Shown here piece by piece: positions 60,852 to 64,000 of a DNA stretch of 64,000 nt (position 1 is the stretch's first letter; every line of letters starts with the position of its first letter). Source of the stretch: Raillietiella orientalis (lineage: Eukaryota). The DNA is taken from contig JAYWIR010000006.1 in the NCBI GenBank assembly GCA_036172245.1, forward strand, positions 5,270,001 to 5,334,000. The letters are read 5' to 3'. Made by a program: the position numbers and the translations under genes. Under the pieces are notes generated by a model. That model saw only the letters and a program-made list of their open reading frames with translations. It had not been told where the DNA came from and ran no database searches.

Positions 60852-61245
60852 CTAACGCAAGCTGAGGGCGCCCTTTGCCTGCGGGGCTCGATCGTCTCGG
60901 GGGATCAGCTGGAACCGACCCTGGCTGTCTGTCGGGGACACGCCCAGAAAGGGACGACGAGAGGGGTCAGATTGCGGGTCACACGAAGGAGCGGCGGTGT
61001 CAGGCCACCACCACCACCCAGGGGACCCCTCAAGGGCGCGAGGAACATGTCCTGAAACGCTTCCTCTGCTCGCCTCTCGGACGTGCTCCGGGGTCCCTTC
61101 GGGTGCGTCGCACGCGCGGATGAGCCCCAGCAACCCCACCGTGGGCGGCTAGACCCACACGCGCCCGTCCGCACGAACTCGGAGCCTTCGGGTCTGCAGC
61201 TCCGAGCTCTCGGGTCACCTGGAAGGGCGAGCGGCACCGCCACCT
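60852..61245 (-). mobile_element. DIRS-type RT C-terminal remnant
   Basis: VPLALPGDPR (LPFGL..APR) and PSRRPFLGVSPTDSQGRFQLIPRDD (P....FLG..IDS....I.LP.DK). Confidence 0.4.
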
Positions 61246-64000
61246 CCGCACGCGCGTCTCGGCACGTTCGGCCCTCACTAGTTGTCCCGCCCTTGTGACC
61301 GGAAGGCCCGCGATCTCCTCACCCTTTTCTCGGGACTCCTGCTTCCGTCGACCCTTCAAGTGCCTTCCCTCTCGCTTTGGACCAGCTCACGAGCCACCTC
61401 TACCCCCTACGCGAGGGGAGAGTAGGATCGGGACGCCCCTGGGGGATTCGAGAATGTTCCGCCTGTCGCCGCTTTCTTAGAGCCGGAGGAGCCCCCGGGA
61501 TTCATCCCAAGCGTTTTCCGCTGCCCCGGGTCACGGGTGAGCTCGGGATCTCTGCGAGATTCCCGCCTCTCCCGAGAGACCATTCTCTCGGCGGGAGGGA
61601 GCTGAGAGATTCCCCTCCCACCCACCCCGGGGACACGCCCCGCCTTACTTCCAGGGAAAAAGAAGAGGTAGAGGCACCGCTGGCGTGGCCTTCCGCAAGC
61701 CCCGCGGGCACGAGCGAGGGAGTGAACGGTTGTAGCGCGAGCAGGCCCGGGTCAGACGCATCCGATGCGGCCCTCATGCCCGAACCAGGAGCATCCTGGA
61801 TCGGGCGCAGGGGCGGGAGGAAGAAGGCCGCGAAGGAGGGGGGCGAGCGTCGACTAGCCACTCACGCAGGGAGCGTCTGGGACGCCGTCTCGTTTCCAAG
61901 ACGACGCAGAACATCGCTACCGCCACTACCATGCTGACCTTCGAGATCCTCCGGGACCATCGTCACCCCGGTTTGCATTTTCCTTTCTTTCCCTGATCGA
62001 ATTGAAAATTCGCCCAGAGCACGCGGACTTTTTCCGGTTCCTTTCATGCCTCCCAGGAGTAATTTATGGGCCCAGAGGATGCGGCGAGACTCCGGCCCTT
62101 CGCTCCCGGTCCATTCTTATCGAGTACCTCTCGGGCTCCCGAAGCTGACAAAGGGAACCAGAAAGGGTAAAATGAGCCCCCCCCCCCCCTCCTCCCAAGA
62201 AGCAACGGCTCCCCAACCTCTCTCCAGGAGGGAATTTATTCTTCCCGGGCTGCCGTGTTTGTATCGCCTTCTCCGCGGGAGTTCTTTCCGCTCCTCCGAC
62301 CGCGTCCGCCGCCGCCAACTCCAGCAGCGGCGGCAGCAAACCGATCCTCGGTTCGCCGGCGCGAGCGTGCGAGCCACCCCCGTTGCGTCGGCGACACCGC
62401 GGAGGAGCGCTCGTGGCAGCCGTTCGAAAGGGTGACGGGAGAAGGGAACGCGCGCACTCGTCCCGCCCGCACCTGCATTCCCCGCGACAGAAGGGCAGAG
62501 CGCAGGCGGGAGAACGGCGGACGCTTGCGCAGACACCGCACCGCCACGCCTCGCGAGCGCCAACCACCCGCCACCATCCCTTCCCTCCTTCCACGTCCAC
62601 GCCATCCGCGCGTGGACGAGGACCGGGAGTTTCTTCCTCCTGCTCTCCAGCCGCTATCCATTTCCTCGCTTCCCCCGAGCTCGAGGTCTCTTCCTTCCTC
62701 GGCGCCGGTTGCTTGGCGACGAGGAAGGAAGCGGCCGCGAGCCTTTACTTCGCTTCGCGGCGACGCAACAATGGCGCGCTGGGCGAGAGGCCACGGTCGG
62801 ACTCGTCTGGCTAAAAATACCACCACTCGAGTCGCACTCGGTCTCCCTAGCTACGCGCTCGTCGGGTGGCCAAAAGCTCGAGAGATGCGCGGAGGCGGGT
62901 GCACGGCGCCGCGGCCGTCGCTGCCCGGGAGCGAGGGGCCTCGGGGCCGTTCCGAGGGAGTCGGGAGGAGACGAAGGGGGACTTCCTCTATCCATCCCGG
63001 ACGGAGATCTGCCGCGCGTGCCCGGAACGCGACGGCGCACAGGCGTGTAATGTCGCCAGCGCGGCGACGCCCTCGCCGTTCAGCCGCGTCTGCCCGGCGC
63101 GGGAGGTGCGGCAGCCGCGCGTGCGCGAGGGCACCGTCCTTCCCGCCGACCGCGTCGCCCGCGGGGGCGAAGTGCGCCGTCAGCTGAAACGCGGGAGTCC
63201 CGCCGCGAGCAGACGGACGTGGGAGCGGGTATCAGTCCCGGGCGCCCGCCTGACCGATGGCGTCTCCCACGATGACGCACGATGCAGGTCCTGCCGTTGC
63301 TGTCCCGCGGGCGGCGTGCGCTGCCCCCCTCCCCCCCGTTCGCGTTGCCCACCGCCCTTGGGAAGTCCGTCGCTTCTTGCGTGCGCGCGCTCCGACCGCG
63401 GCGAGTGGGGTGGACGCTTCTGTCCGCGTCGTGAGTCGCCTGGCTCTCCGGATGGATTGGCGCGGATGGCATTTCGCGTCCCATGTGCAGGCTGGCGCGG
63501 AGTCTGAGAGGTGAGGAGTCTGCTTGATAGGGACTCATGCATAAGGGGTTGCCAGCATTGCCCTTCGTTTTGCCCTCTATCTGCATTCCTATCCCTCGTT
63601 ACCTCTCGTCCGTGAGCCGGAGGGGACCCGACCGCTCCTGTTTGCACCTTGCTGGAGGACTTCGGGCTAGGATATTCCGAGGCAAGGGCTTTTGGAGAGA
63701 GGGTAGACAAGAGCGATGCCCTCCGTCGTTCGCCCCAGAGTCACCGGCTTCCTGAACAGAGGAGGACTTCCCTTTTCCCTTCTCCTGCCCCTGGAATGAC
63801 ATGACAGCTCAGGGACTGCCCAGGGACTTTGGACGACCGCACGGAGTATTTTCCGGGAACGAGTCGCCAAGACGGAAGTAGTGCGCGGGCGGATAAAGGG
63901 TTCCTTTGAGGAGGGCGCGGAGGGTCGTTTACGGGGTAGGATGGGGTCTCTCCCCAGAGGGGCCGGAGAGAAAACCTCAGGTATGGATTCTTCAAGGGGG

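Noticed and set aside
63830..64000. Possible seventh SINE-family copy at the window edge
   Set aside because: Only short, patchy similarity, and truncated by the window end.

Overview
GC-rich eukaryotic DNA, probably metazoan (inferred from the invertebrate-type histone H2B relic and its 3' stem-loop). I found no intact protein-coding gene, rRNA, functional tRNA or CRISPR array. The long ORFs in the track are mostly artefacts of high GC and few stop codons. Read across frames, the window is a dense graveyard of degenerate retroelements: at least 10 LINE endonuclease/RT remnants, Gypsy RT and RNase H remnants, and probable DIRS-type RT remnants. It also holds a ~0.7-kb tRNA-headed, A-tailed SINE-like family (4 long copies and 2 internally deleted copies), minisatellites and many purine or pyrimidine tracts. 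Most notable: (1) a near full-length H2B pseudogene whose changes are mostly AT-to-GC, suggesting directional decay; (2) a XerC/phage-type tyrosine recombinase relic and a RecD2-like helicase relic, unexpected in animal DNA; (3) a 312-bp block duplicated 10.9 kb apart with 2 mismatches and bounded exactly by AG and GT/GC; (4) an AT-rich island with nested inverted repeats; (5) clusters of TAAT/TGATTTAT/TGTCA motifs resembling developmental enhancers. All protein assignments are by-eye motif recognition and need HMM confirmation. Fossil boundaries are approximate.
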